Source of the DNA: Pseudomonadota bacterium
Lineage (GTDB): Bacteria; Bdellovibrionota_B; Oligoflexia; Oligoflexales; CAIYRB01
Direction of reading: 5' to 3'
Length of the DNA: 64,000 nt
Assembly: GCA_026390445.1 (NCBI GenBank)
Contig: JAPLFX010000044.1
Coordinates: forward strand, 5,550 to 69,549
Part shown: positions 52,297-61,417 of the stretch, piece after piece
How positions within the stretch are numbered: position 1 is the first letter of the stretch
Layout of the letters: every line of letters starts with the position of its first letter
Made by a program: the position numbers and the translations under genes
The notes under the pieces: generated by a model
Seen by the model: only the letters and a program-made list of their open reading frames with translations
Told to the model about the DNA's origin: nothing
The model's database searches: none

Positions 52297-54336
52297 TTAG
52301 GTCGTGGCTTTTTTGATGCATATGATACTCAGGTCGTCCTGTTCTAGGCCGTTGTGAGCCGCCGTAAAATCGGCAGCTAAAGCATGCGCCAACCCGAACG
52401 GCGACCGGTCGTCTGTGGCATTGAAGTAGCGCGTGAGCTTTAGGCCGCTTCGTGGCAGTACGATGCCATCGCTATGCAGGATCAGTAGGTCTTCAGGCGC
52501 AAACGGGAACTTAGTTGAACTGATCGGAATCGCCGCCTGATTTCCCAAGGTTGAGTTCGGAGCTGAAAGCTTTTCGAAGAACACGCAGCCAGGGTCGCCT
52601 GGCCGCACCATGATCGGCGCTGGATGGCCACAGCATACCACGGTGATGGTTGCGTCTGGGTGCAGCGTCACACCCAGAAGCGATGCGGCATGATCTCCTT
52701 TACCGTTGCGATACAAGACCTCATTTAATAGGCTGGCATAGCGTTTGATGAAGTTGACCTCATCTCGTCCACCATCGTCGAGTAACATCATCGCCTGCAA
52801 TACCGATTTACAAGTCGAGACAAGAATCGATGCCTGCAGTCCGTGTCCAGCAATATCGCACATAATCGCGTGCTTTAGGCCGCTGTGCTGTCCCGCCTCA
52901 AAGTGAATCCAGTCACCGCTGGTCGAGCTCAATGCTCGATTTAAAGCAACGACCTCGTAGCCACCCCATTCCGGCGGGGTGCCTTCGTGCAGGGCGTTGG
53001 CGATGTCGCTCGCCTGGGCTATTTCACCTCTTAGATGCACATTCTCGCGGCTGAGGACGTTGATGAATGCGAGCAGTCCCTCTCTTAGCCCGGTGAAATA
53101 GTAGCCAAATGCCAGCGAGCACAGCGTCACAGTCGCAACCGGAGTGAAGACATCTAGAAGAGTCCTCTGGTACGCGAATACGACTACACAAGCTGCTGGC
53201 CATATTAGCAATAGAATCGCAATGGTCCCGAGGCGACGGCGTTTGAATTGCCCCCAAATCAATCCAGTCAGTAGGTAGAGGGCAAAGCATATGATCGGCG
53301 TCATGCCATCTGATGGCGTGATAAAATTGCGATTTATGACTGAGTTTATCAGCGAGGCGATGACGTATGCGCCGGGCATCGACCCGACCGGGGTTTGGCT
53401 AAAGTCGGTATTTCCGGTATAAAACTGCGGTGCAACTAAAACGTGGTCGCCAGGCTCGATCAATGCGGCTGCGGCTGCAGCGGTGCTTTCTGAGAGAAAA
53501 TACCCCATGCTAATGCTGCTCTTCTGGTATGCACGGCGCGGCAGAAATTCGACGACGACGCGGCCCAAGTGATCACGGGAAATGTCCATCGTCCCATCGA
53601 TCACTAGACGGCCTTGCAACACTTGAAACGTATCGCTGGCCATCAACGCCACATGCGGTAGGACTGTGTCCGGTCCAATGTTACTGAGTGCTGCGATGCG
53701 ACCGCTGCCGCCATTCATGGCGTGACCAATCCGATGCAAGGTCTTGGCAAGGCGCTCATCGCGCCCGTAGGCGTAGACTTTGTCTGGACCGCCCGCAGCG
53801 GCTGTTGGCCCGGCAGTCGCTGGCCCTGACGTGACGGGATCTGGATCGCGGTAGCGCTGGTCGCTTAAGTCGAGCGGGCTTCGGCCGGGTATGGGGGTGG
53901 TCTTGGTGAAGGCAATGGTAACGATCTTTGTGCTTAGACCGCCGAGAGCATTGAAGGCGTCGATCTCCTGCGCTGGTATGTCTAGTGGTAGATAGAAGAC
54001 CTTGTCGATGTAGATGGCTTGTGGCGACCGAGCCGCAATTAACTTAATGAATTTTGACCATTCGGTAAGGCTAAGGGTCGGGTCACCGGTTCGCGCAAAC
54101 GTCGGATCATCGTAAACGATGATTTTGAGCTGCTTTGATAACGAACTGCTCAGGTCGCAGGCGTCTAGGGCGCGGTAGATCAGGGGAAGCGATAGATTTG
54201 ATTCAATATAATCCTTGGCCGGCTGGAGCGTTAGGAGTAGGGAGAGCAAAAAGGCAATCGTCGCAGCCAGCCAAGCTCGTTTATACGGGAATGGATCCGA
54301 GTGGCTTGGCGGTGATGGCAAATCATTTTTGCTCAT
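52297..54336 (-). CDS. CHASE2-domain membrane sensor fused to a PP2C/SpoIIE-type phosphatase
   Basis: N-terminal TM segment, then a CHASE2-like periplasmic region (IIVYDDPTFARTG...AIYIDKVF). Three TM helices follow. The C-terminal PP2C motifs are GDWIHF, CDIAGHGLQASI and LHSDGI. Confidence 0.7.
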   Translation of the reverse strand: MSKNDLPSPPSHSDPFPYKRAWLAATIAFLLSLLLTLQPAKDYIESNLSLPLIYRALDACDLSSSLSKQLKIIVYDDPTFARTGDPTLSLTEWSKFIKLIAARSPQAIYIDKVFYLPLDIPAQEIDAFNALGGLSTKIVTIAFTKTTPIPGRSPLDLSDQRYRDPDPVTSGPATAGPTAAAGGPDKVYAYGRDERLAKTLHRIGHAMNGGSGRIAALSNIGPDTVLPHVALMASDTFQVLQGRLVIDGTMDISRDHLGRVVVEFLPRRAYQKSSISMGYFLSESTAAAAAALIEPGDHVLVAPQFYTGNTDFSQTPVGSMPGAYVIASLINSVINRNFITPSDGMTPIICFALYLLTGLIWGQFKRRRLGTIAILLLIWPAACVVVFAYQRTLLDVFTPVATVTLCSLAFGYYFTGLREGLLAFINVLSRENVHLRGEIAQASDIANALHEGTPPEWGGYEVVALNRALSSTSGDWIHFEAGQHSGLKHAIMCDIAGHGLQASILVSTCKSVLQAMMLLDDGGRDEVNFIKRYASLLNEVLYRNGKGDHAASLLGVTLHPDATITVVCCGHPAPIMVRPGDPGCVFFEKLSAPNSTLGNQAAIPISSTKFPFAPEDLLILHSDGIVLPRSGLKLTRYFNATDDRSPFGLAHALAADFTAAHNGLEQDDLSIICIKKATT

Positions 54337-54349
54337 GTTCGACTAATCG

Positions 54350-55525
54350 CTAGCTGTTGCGCAAATTGAAGGTCTCGCCCATCGGCGTTGGGTACCCGTG
54401 AGTTGTGGTTGGCTTGGCCTTGTGTAAAGGCCCCTTTGTCGCCTTGATGTTGAACTTATTGCCGCGCCAGCGTACCGAGTTGCAGCACAAGGCCTGAACC
54501 CAAATCAACGGCGAGATAAGCTGACCGAGCAGCCAAATATGCAGTGAATGACTGGGACTTTTGAGGGCCCGAAGCAATATGGCATCCGCAGTGGCCCATA
54601 ACGCCATGGTTGCCAACCATCCAGTCCACGTACCAGTCAAAGCACCGAGCACGACGGGGTACTGCAGGGGCGTGAGCATAAACATCAGCGGTTCGTAGTT
54701 CTTTTGCAAGAAATGCCAGCGATAATTGCGACTCCAGTAGTCGCTCAGGGACTTTTTGCCAACAAACTGTGGCATGGGACGATGCATCAAGTTGATTCGC
54801 TTGCCGAGTTTAGCTAGCTCGCCACCAAACTTATAATCCTCGCCAATGCAATCGATGCACGACGAAAAGCCGCCAAAGCGGTTGACTAGGCTCTGACGAA
54901 ACAGCAGGGATTTACCGATGACGATGGGGCGCCCGATGGCATAGGCTAGGTTCACCCAACGCGCGTAGAAGCTGTTCCAGACCCCTTCCTCTAACCTGCC
55001 GCCAAGGCCCGAGCCGCCAAAGCAGCGAATCGATGCCGTCACCGTGCCTGTATCTGGTGACAGGAGTGGAACCAGTTGTTTGAGATAATCGCGATCAGCG
55101 CGGACATTGCTGTCGCTGATCAAAACCATGTCATGGGCCGCCAAGGACCAGGCTGGATGCAGGTTTGCGACCTTCGGATTGAAGCCAAAATCGGGATCGC
55201 TCTGCACCAACTTGATCGGACTAAGTGGATAGGCGGTCTGCAATTGCCGCACAATGGCTACGGCTGGATCAGCGGGGTCTGCTGTACAGATCAGTAGCTC
55301 GTAGTCTGGGTAGTCCAGCTCGATAAAGCTTTTGAGATTCTCGTAGAGACCTGGGTCGGCGCCTTTGACCGGCTTTAGGATCGATATAGGCGGCAGAGAT
55401 CTTGAGCTTGCGCCGCTTGGCTTGACGCTGCGGCGCGAGCGCCAAATGGTGTAGAATGTGCCGGTCAAGACTAGGAGAGCATTGATGGTCCAAACGATCC
55501 AGATGATCTGGTGCCAAGTAATCAT
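54350..55525 (-). CDS. family 21-like glycosyltransferase (ceramide glucosyltransferase / HpnI-like)
   Basis: N-terminal TM segment. ISILKPVKGADPGLYENLKSFIELDYPDYELL is the typical Glyco_transf_21 opening, followed by DSN (D-x-D-like) and RWH motifs. Ends 13 nt before the CHASE2 gene start. Confidence 0.7.
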   Translation of the reverse strand: MITWHQIIWIVWTINALLVLTGTFYTIWRSRRSVKPSGASSRSLPPISILKPVKGADPGLYENLKSFIELDYPDYELLICTADPADPAVAIVRQLQTAYPLSPIKLVQSDPDFGFNPKVANLHPAWSLAAHDMVLISDSNVRADRDYLKQLVPLLSPDTGTVTASIRCFGGSGLGGRLEEGVWNSFYARWVNLAYAIGRPIVIGKSLLFRQSLVNRFGGFSSCIDCIGEDYKFGGELAKLGKRINLMHRPMPQFVGKKSLSDYWSRNYRWHFLQKNYEPLMFMLTPLQYPVVLGALTGTWTGWLATMALWATADAILLRALKSPSHSLHIWLLGQLISPLIWVQALCCNSVRWRGNKFNIKATKGPLHKAKPTTTHGYPTPMGETFNLRNS

Positions 55526-55620
55526 GGGTCTCCTCAGCCCCCGGTGGATGGGCGGCGGAAAATATTCATTCGCTATGGATGGACTGATGACTATATTTGT
55601 TCAATAGCGCGGCAAACGCA

Positions 55621-55681
55621 AGAGCTCTCAGCAGGCAGTGCTCTCCGACCATGGTGTCGGGCACTGCTCGCTGAGAGCTCT
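55621..55681. other. long hairpin (21-bp stem plus an inner 5-bp stem) in the gap between the lipoprotein and GT21 genes
   Basis: AGAGCTCTCAGCAGGCAGTGC pairs with GCACTGCTCGCTGAGAGCTCT, with 2 central mismatches. The inner stem is CCGAC/GTCGG. Read directly. Confidence 0.8.
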
Positions 55682-55717
55682 AGGGCAAAAAAACCGGTGA
55701 GATTGACCTCGGCGTGA

Positions 55718-56545
55718 TTATTTCACGGCATCAAACAATTTATCTTTGCGACTCAGGATCGTCGCACAGGTATCGGTGTCGCTAATTTTGCGCATGGTGA
55801 ACACGCTGGCGTCGGGGAGAGCCTTGATGGACGGCTGGACGGCGCCCAAAATGGTCGAATCAGAACCGATAATTTTTTGATCGGTTGACCAGCTGATGTT
55901 GCCGCGGATGATGTCAGCGCTGTCGAGATGGCCAGTTTCTTGGGTTAAGGTTCGCTGCGTCAAGTAGACTTGGCCACTAATATTGATAAATAGCGCGCTC
56001 ACGCTGATCTTCACCGTGACACCTGGCTTGCCGTCACCATCTTGATCGAATAAGGCGCCATTATCAGCCGATGTCGGTAGTGGATCTTTCACTGGATCAG
56101 CCAATTTAGCGCCCAGGACTTCAACGGCCTGCGTTCCTGAGAGCGTGGTCCCTTTGGCATCGGTCGTGATTTTAAATGAGGCCTTGCGGACCGGGAGCAT
56201 ATGCTTAAATGCGTCTGGAAAAACCAGGCTTGTGCCGCCAGAGCTGATGGAGTTCGCATCGCAGGCCTGCTCAGACGTCGCCAGGGTGTCACCCTGTTTC
56301 GTGACGGTGACGAGTAGAATGCGCTCGATCTTGCTGTTAGAGGTGATGCCCATCGCCGATGATTCCGACGCGAGGACGGTTTGCTTGGCCCACGTGCCAC
56401 TGGTTAAGGTGTCGCCTGTGGCGGCAAGGGTCGCGCTCGCAGACGGTTTGCCGCACCCGGATAAGGCCACGGCTAAGGTTGAGGTCACGCAGATGGATGC
56501 GAACACGGAGTAAAAAGGGCCCTTGGTGCTATGGCTGACTGGCAT
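55718..56545 (-). CDS. hypothetical lipoprotein
   Basis: ATG 56545 follows GAGGAG. Signal ends LAVALSGC (lipobox). No recognised domain. Confidence 0.6.
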   Translation of the reverse strand: MPVSHSTKGPFYSVFASICVTSTLAVALSGCGKPSASATLAATGDTLTSGTWAKQTVLASESSAMGITSNSKIERILLVTVTKQGDTLATSEQACDANSISSGGTSLVFPDAFKHMLPVRKASFKITTDAKGTTLSGTQAVEVLGAKLADPVKDPLPTSADNGALFDQDGDGKPGVTVKISVSALFINISGQVYLTQRTLTQETGHLDSADIIRGNISWSTDQKIIGSDSTILGAVQPSIKALPDASVFTMRKISDTDTCATILSRKDKLFDAVK

Positions 56546-56669
56546 GTCTGACTCCTCGGTAGAGAGTGGCGATAGGTCCGTTTGATAAAGGCGCACGTTT
56601 AACTTTGCAGCAAATGTGCCAAGCTGCCGGCAACCTTCGCGTAGCTCCTGAACGGGGCTGTTAATGACT

Positions 56670-56777
56670 GGCTTTGTTGCATAAATCCAGCCCTCCAGCC
56701 TTCCCGCCCTCTCAGTTGTGCGGAATAAAGCCTGTCTAAAGACTGGGTGGGCGGGAAGGCTGGAGGACTGGATTTAT
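56670..56777. repeat. long imperfect palindromic intergenic element, copy 2
   Basis: The left arm matches the copy 1 left arm at 36 of 41 hand-aligned positions. The right arm is its imperfect complement. The core shares GGCTTTATTCCGC with copy 1 but in inverted orientation. Confidence 0.8.
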
Positions 56778-56888
56778 ACGACAAACAATGAATGACTAGA
56801 TAACTAAATGATTTTCATCGACTTTATAATCGTCGATGCGGGCTTTCTGAGAGGTGTTCGCGGCTAGCCAAACACTGTCTAAGGATTG

Positions 56889-58946
56889 TCAGGGTAGCAA
56901 AGTCCAAGCAAAGTCTTTAAGCGCAGCTTCCCCCGCGACCAGCATCGTCAGCATCGCCTGGGCGCTAGCTGGATCATTGGTCGGCATCACGCCGCTTTCT
57001 AATAGACCACTGCGCAATTGACACGGGTGTGCCGACTGCATCGCTCGCGTGAAGCTCAGTCCATCGGCCCAGCCGCGTCGGCGGATCCGTTCCAGCGGCA
57101 GATGCAGCCAACGACACTTGGCTGCGGCATGCACGCGGCGGTCCAAGGCAATGGCGACGCGGCCCATGGTTAGGCGCGGATTGACTTCGACCAAAGGGTA
57201 AAGGTGATAGCTGCCGTGATCTTGATCTCTGAATATCAGGGCATCGATCCCTGCGGGGCCCGAGTAGCCGGCTACAGCCAGCTTGTCGCCTACGGTCCTG
57301 GCGACACGCGACATGATGCCGGGAAAGTCGGCCTCGTTATAGGCGCGGACTAAGTCTGGATCCAGTCCGTCGAGTTTACGGCCGAGAACATGCCCGGTGT
57401 ACTGGCCACGATCACTTGTGATGAAACGAGTCATGCCGACTTCGGCGCGTTCGCCGTTGGCGACATTGATCTGCAGGCTAAAGTCGGCGACTCGCTGGCG
57501 CCAGGGTTCGACGATCAGGGCGCCTTGGCGCGCCAACACTCCGGTGAACCATCGACGCTGCTCGGTGGTCACACCGTCCTTAGCGAGGACGCGCAACATC
57601 CCGCGTCCTGCGGTGCCGTAGGGCGCTTTGACGACGACCGTGCCGTGCGCCAAAAGCGCCGCGATGGTCTGTTCGGCTGCGACTAGTTCACGGCAGACTG
57701 TGCCGCCACCCCGAACCCCGCCCGGCTCAAAACCAGCTTCAAGGCTAAGCTCCTTAGACCAGGTTTTTGCAAACAGGCGTCCGTCTGGCGCTGCTGCAAT
57801 GTTTGTTTGCCATTGCAGATCCATGCCCTGAGCAAAGGTTTGAGCCACTGCGCTCTGTCCCCAAGGGACGAAGCGTCCTAATAGCCGTCCGTGAAGCTCT
57901 CGCGCATCTAGTGCGAATTGCGGAAGCGCAAAACCAAGGTCTTGCAGTCCCGTTAAAAATTCCACCTGAGGTCTCGTCTGCACCAAGACCACATCCTGCG
58001 GCGTGGCGACAAAGGCCATCAGCCCAGCCAGATCGGCCCGGATCTTTTGCACCGCTTTGGCTTCTGGCCCGGCTGTTTGCCCAGTGATTCCTGCCCAGGC
58101 TTCATCTTCGCAGCCTGGGTTAAACCAATACACATTTGGCGGGCGACCCTTGGAATGCGCGTACACTTGCAACTCCTGAATGAACTCTTCAGACAGACCG
58201 GCTGACCTGCGCGCCTCTGGATGGAAGCCGATGCCTTTGGCACGCGCGGGCGTGAGGGGTGGTGGCAAGAGTTTGCTGTAGGCCTGCCAATCACTGCCGC
58301 CGTCGCTCGGTCGCCAGGCATTGAACCAGGTGATGCCATGCGCGACGTGGCTGGTTTCGTCTTGGTACACGACATCTAGGATGTCGGCGGTGATGGTGTC
58401 GCCGAGTTGGCGAAACAGGTTAAGGAAGTGTTTGGAATAATCGAGATTGGCCTGCTCTAGGGTCAACGCCATCTGCGTGATAAAGATGAGCGGTGACGGT
58501 GTGTCGGCCATCACATCCCAAAAAAAGCGGTTGACCGGCACGGCGCCAAAGCCCATGCCGAGGTCTTCCATTCGCTGTTTGTAGAGCCGCAAATGCTGCT
58601 GCTCTTCCATAATCACCGCCGCCAAACCGCGGCGAAATTTGGCCGGCGCCTCGGGAAAGCGCAGCAGCGCTAGAGCCATCAACTCCATCGCCAACAGCTC
58701 GTGGTTGGCAAAAAAATGCAGGACCAAGGCTCGCTTCGTCGGATCTTCCAGATCGCGCAGCGATGGGAACGGCGTTTGCTGCGAGCTGCCGCGCGGTTTC
58801 AATGTCAGCGCCGGACAACGGGCCGGGGCCTTTGGCACGTCAATCCCATGGCCGCGGCGCTCGTCGGTCAAAGTCCCGGGCGTCTGGAGCTTTTGCGCCA
58901 AATCTGATTGAAAAAGGAGTTGTCGGGCAAAATCCGCGATGTCCAT
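56889..58946 (-). CDS. fusion protein: N-terminal DUF455 ferritin-like (di-iron) domain + C-terminal ATP-grasp domain
   Basis: N-terminal half carries FFANHELLAMELMALAL, MEEQQH, LEQANLD and QDETSH, which are E/ExxH di-iron-type ligands as in DUF455/MiaE-like proteins. C-terminal half carries VVKAPYGTAGRGM and PLVEVNPRLTMG, which are ATP-grasp Lys and Mg-binding motifs. Confidence 0.7.
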   Translation of the reverse strand: MDIADFARQLLFQSDLAQKLQTPGTLTDERRGHGIDVPKAPARCPALTLKPRGSSQQTPFPSLRDLEDPTKRALVLHFFANHELLAMELMALALLRFPEAPAKFRRGLAAVIMEEQQHLRLYKQRMEDLGMGFGAVPVNRFFWDVMADTPSPLIFITQMALTLEQANLDYSKHFLNLFRQLGDTITADILDVVYQDETSHVAHGITWFNAWRPSDGGSDWQAYSKLLPPPLTPARAKGIGFHPEARRSAGLSEEFIQELQVYAHSKGRPPNVYWFNPGCEDEAWAGITGQTAGPEAKAVQKIRADLAGLMAFVATPQDVVLVQTRPQVEFLTGLQDLGFALPQFALDARELHGRLLGRFVPWGQSAVAQTFAQGMDLQWQTNIAAAPDGRLFAKTWSKELSLEAGFEPGGVRGGGTVCRELVAAEQTIAALLAHGTVVVKAPYGTAGRGMLRVLAKDGVTTEQRRWFTGVLARQGALIVEPWRQRVADFSLQINVANGERAEVGMTRFITSDRGQYTGHVLGRKLDGLDPDLVRAYNEADFPGIMSRVARTVGDKLAVAGYSGPAGIDALIFRDQDHGSYHLYPLVEVNPRLTMGRVAIALDRRVHAAAKCRWLHLPLERIRRRGWADGLSFTRAMQSAHPCQLRSGLLESGVMPTNDPASAQAMLTMLVAGEAALKDFAWTLLP

Positions 58947-59052
58947 GGACAGCCTTATAGCTTTTCGCTTTGATACCGCTCTAGGGATTTTTTTCGCGAC
59001 GTGGACCTCGGATCTGCGTTACAAGCCCACCCTCAGCTGCGAAAGGCCGGTT

Positions 59053-60117
59053 ATGCGTCGCTCCGTTCCACCTCGTAAAGGCAGCCGAAAGCAGGCACCG
59101 GTGCCGGTCACCTTCTCCGATCGAGTCGACCTGGTGCTGATCGATGCCTCGCCTAGGCGTCGCCATGAGAAGGATCGCTACGGCGCCCGCTGCCGTGAGG
59201 CCGAGGACGCTGGTGCCCGCCTCAAGACCTTTGAAGAACGCGAAGTACCTGCTTTTACCGCCTGGATCGACCGCGAATTTGAACGCGAAATCGCTAGATT
59301 AAGGCAGGAGCAGGCGCAGGTGCGCGAGCTTCACGACCTAGTCATGGATGTTGAGCGCTATGCCGCGTGGACCGAGGTGTCGCTGGGTGTGGCCCTGGAC
59401 CGCATTCGGAGGGCTAAGGCCGAAGGGACCGAGGCTGAGCTCTGGCGCGAGGCCTCTGGTGAGGACTTCGAGGATGAGGCCGGTGACCTTGAGGACGACG
59501 AGGGCGAGAAGGAGGACGACGCCGACGAGGAGTTTGCCAGGCGCTTTGCCGAGGCTTTTGATAACGCCTTTGGCGAAGACGCCGGGGACGGCCGTCAGGG
59601 CGCGACCAAACGGCATCCACCAAAGTCCCGAGACGACAGGACCAGCCAGGACTACCTGAAGTCCATTTATCGTCAGCTAGTTAGGGTCCTGCACCCCGAC
59701 ACCAACCCAGACCGGACCGACCAAGCGTTATGGCAACAGGTTCAGGACGCTTACAGCTGGGGCGACGTGGCCCGCCTGGAGCGCCTGCGCCAAGTCGTGC
59801 TAAAGGGCGGAGAGCGCGACTTCAATCTCGACTTTGCCCCGATTGGCGACATCATCGGCCTGCGCAAATCCGTCGAGAGCCAGCTGCGTAAGCTCAAGAC
59901 ATCCTTGAAGTCTGCCAGAGCCCATCCGGCCTGGGACTTTCTTCAGGCCAGGGAAGTCGCAGCCCGCTTAAGGCAGCTGAAGCGCGAATTTGGCGCTGCC
60001 ATGGCGGATGACTTGATCCAGATGCAGCACGAACGGCATCAGCTGGAGCGTTGGATTGCCGCTTGCCGTGGGCCCGTGCGTAAGGCGCAGCGCTCGCCCC
60101 GCCAGCCGCGATACTGA
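59053..60117 (+). CDS. J-domain-like protein with an acidic low-complexity tract
   Basis: ATG 59053 follows GAAAGG. IYRQLVRVLHPDTNPD contains the HPD tripeptide of J domains. Acidic run: EDFEDEAGDLEDDEGEKEDDADEE. Confidence 0.55.
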   Translation: MRRSVPPRKGSRKQAPVPVTFSDRVDLVLIDASPRRRHEKDRYGARCREAEDAGARLKTFEEREVPAFTAWIDREFEREIARLRQEQAQVRELHDLVMDVERYAAWTEVSLGVALDRIRRAKAEGTEAELWREASGEDFEDEAGDLEDDEGEKEDDADEEFARRFAEAFDNAFGEDAGDGRQGATKRHPPKSRDDRTSQDYLKSIYRQLVRVLHPDTNPDRTDQALWQQVQDAYSWGDVARLERLRQVVLKGGERDFNLDFAPIGDIIGLRKSVESQLRKLKTSLKSARAHPAWDFLQAREVAARLRQLKREFGAAMADDLIQMQHERHQLERWIAACRGPVRKAQRSPRQPRY

Positions 60118-60298
60118 CCTCCACCTGGGTGATCTTGGCGCCGCTGAGTGCGGCCGGGTATTGCCTATAGCCATTTTATGGCTAGTCAGCCGAGGTGGAA
60201 CCCCGGCGCAAGGCTAAACCTTATTGATTGACTCTCGCTGCGGCGCCCGCTAACTAGGGATGCGATCCCGTATCCTATCCACACATTGAGGAATTCCC

Positions 60299-61402
60299 AT
60301 GATCATCGGCGTGCCAAAGGAAGTCAAAAACCGCGAAAACCGCGTCGCCATCGTCCCCGGAGGCGTCAAGCAGTTGGTGGCCGCTGGTCACAAGGTCTTT
60401 ATCGAAAAAAACGCCGGCGTCGGCGCCGGCATCCCCGACGAAAAATTTAAGGCTGCAGGCGCCGAGATCGTCGATACGGCCGCCAAGGTCTGGGCCACGG
60501 CCGAGATGATCATCAAGGTCAAAGAGCCGATCGCCCAGGAATATGGCCTGATGCGCGAAGGTCAGATCCTCTATACCTATTTGCATCTAGCCGCAGTGCC
60601 TGATTTGGCCAAGGCCTTGGTCGAGCGCAAAGTCTCGGCGATCGCCTATGAAACCATCGAGCTTGAAGATCGTTCCTTGCCTCTGTTGACGCCGATGAGC
60701 GAAGTCGCTGGTCGGATGGCGGTCCAGGTCGGCGCTCAGTTGTTACAAAAGCACAGTGGCGGTAAGGGTCTGCTGCTTGGCGGCGTTCCCGGCGTGAAGC
60801 GTGGTTTGGTCTCAATCATCGGCGGCGGCGTTGTCGGCGTCAACTCGGCGAAGATGGCGATCGGTTTGGGTGCACGCGTGACGATTCTCGACGTCAGTGC
60901 TCGCCGCCTGGCTTACCTCGACGACATCTTTGGCAATCTCGTGACGACCATGATGTCTAATCCAGAAAACATCGCTGAGGCAGTGGCCGAGTCCGATCTA
61001 GTAATCGGGGGCGTTTTGATCACCGGTGCCAAGGCGCCGCGCCTGGTCACCCGTGAGATGGTGCGCACCATGGAGCGCGATTCGGCGATCGTCGATGTGG
61101 CGATAGATCAGGGCGGCTGTGTCGAAACCATCCGGGCGACGACTCATGATGATCCGGTTTACCGCGATGAAAACGTGCTGCACTACGGCGTCACCAATAT
61201 CCCTGGTGACGTGCCTAAAACCAGCACCTACGCCTTGACCAACGTCACCATCAAGTACGCCTTGGATATCGCTCAGCATGGCTTCAAGGATGCATTGAAG
61301 CACTCCTTGCCGCTGCGCAAGGGCCTTAACGCCTATCAAGGCAAGATCACCCACAAGGCGGTCTCGGACGCCTTGGGCATGCCTTTCCAAGCCTACGAAT
61401 AA
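60299..61402 (+). CDS. ald: alanine dehydrogenase
   Basis: [23 protein letters not shown], the NAD-binding segment [15 protein letters not shown], and overall Ald collinearity. Confidence 0.95.
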   Translation: MIIGVPKEVKNRENRVAIVPGGVKQLVAAGHKVFIEKNAGVGAGIPDEKFKAAGAEIVDTAAKVWATAEMIIKVKEPIAQEYGLMREGQILYTYLHLAAVPDLAKALVERKVSAIAYETIELEDRSLPLLTPMSEVAGRMAVQVGAQLLQKHSGGKGLLLGGVPGVKRGLVSIIGGGVVGVNSAKMAIGLGARVTILDVSARRLAYLDDIFGNLVTTMMSNPENIAEAVAESDLVIGGVLITGAKAPRLVTREMVRTMERDSAIVDVAIDQGGCVETIRATTHDDPVYRDENVLHYGVTNIPGDVPKTSTYALTNVTIKYALDIAQHGFKDALKHSLPLRKGLNAYQGKITHKAVSDALGMPFQAYE

Positions 61403-61417
61403 ACCCTAGAGAAGGCG

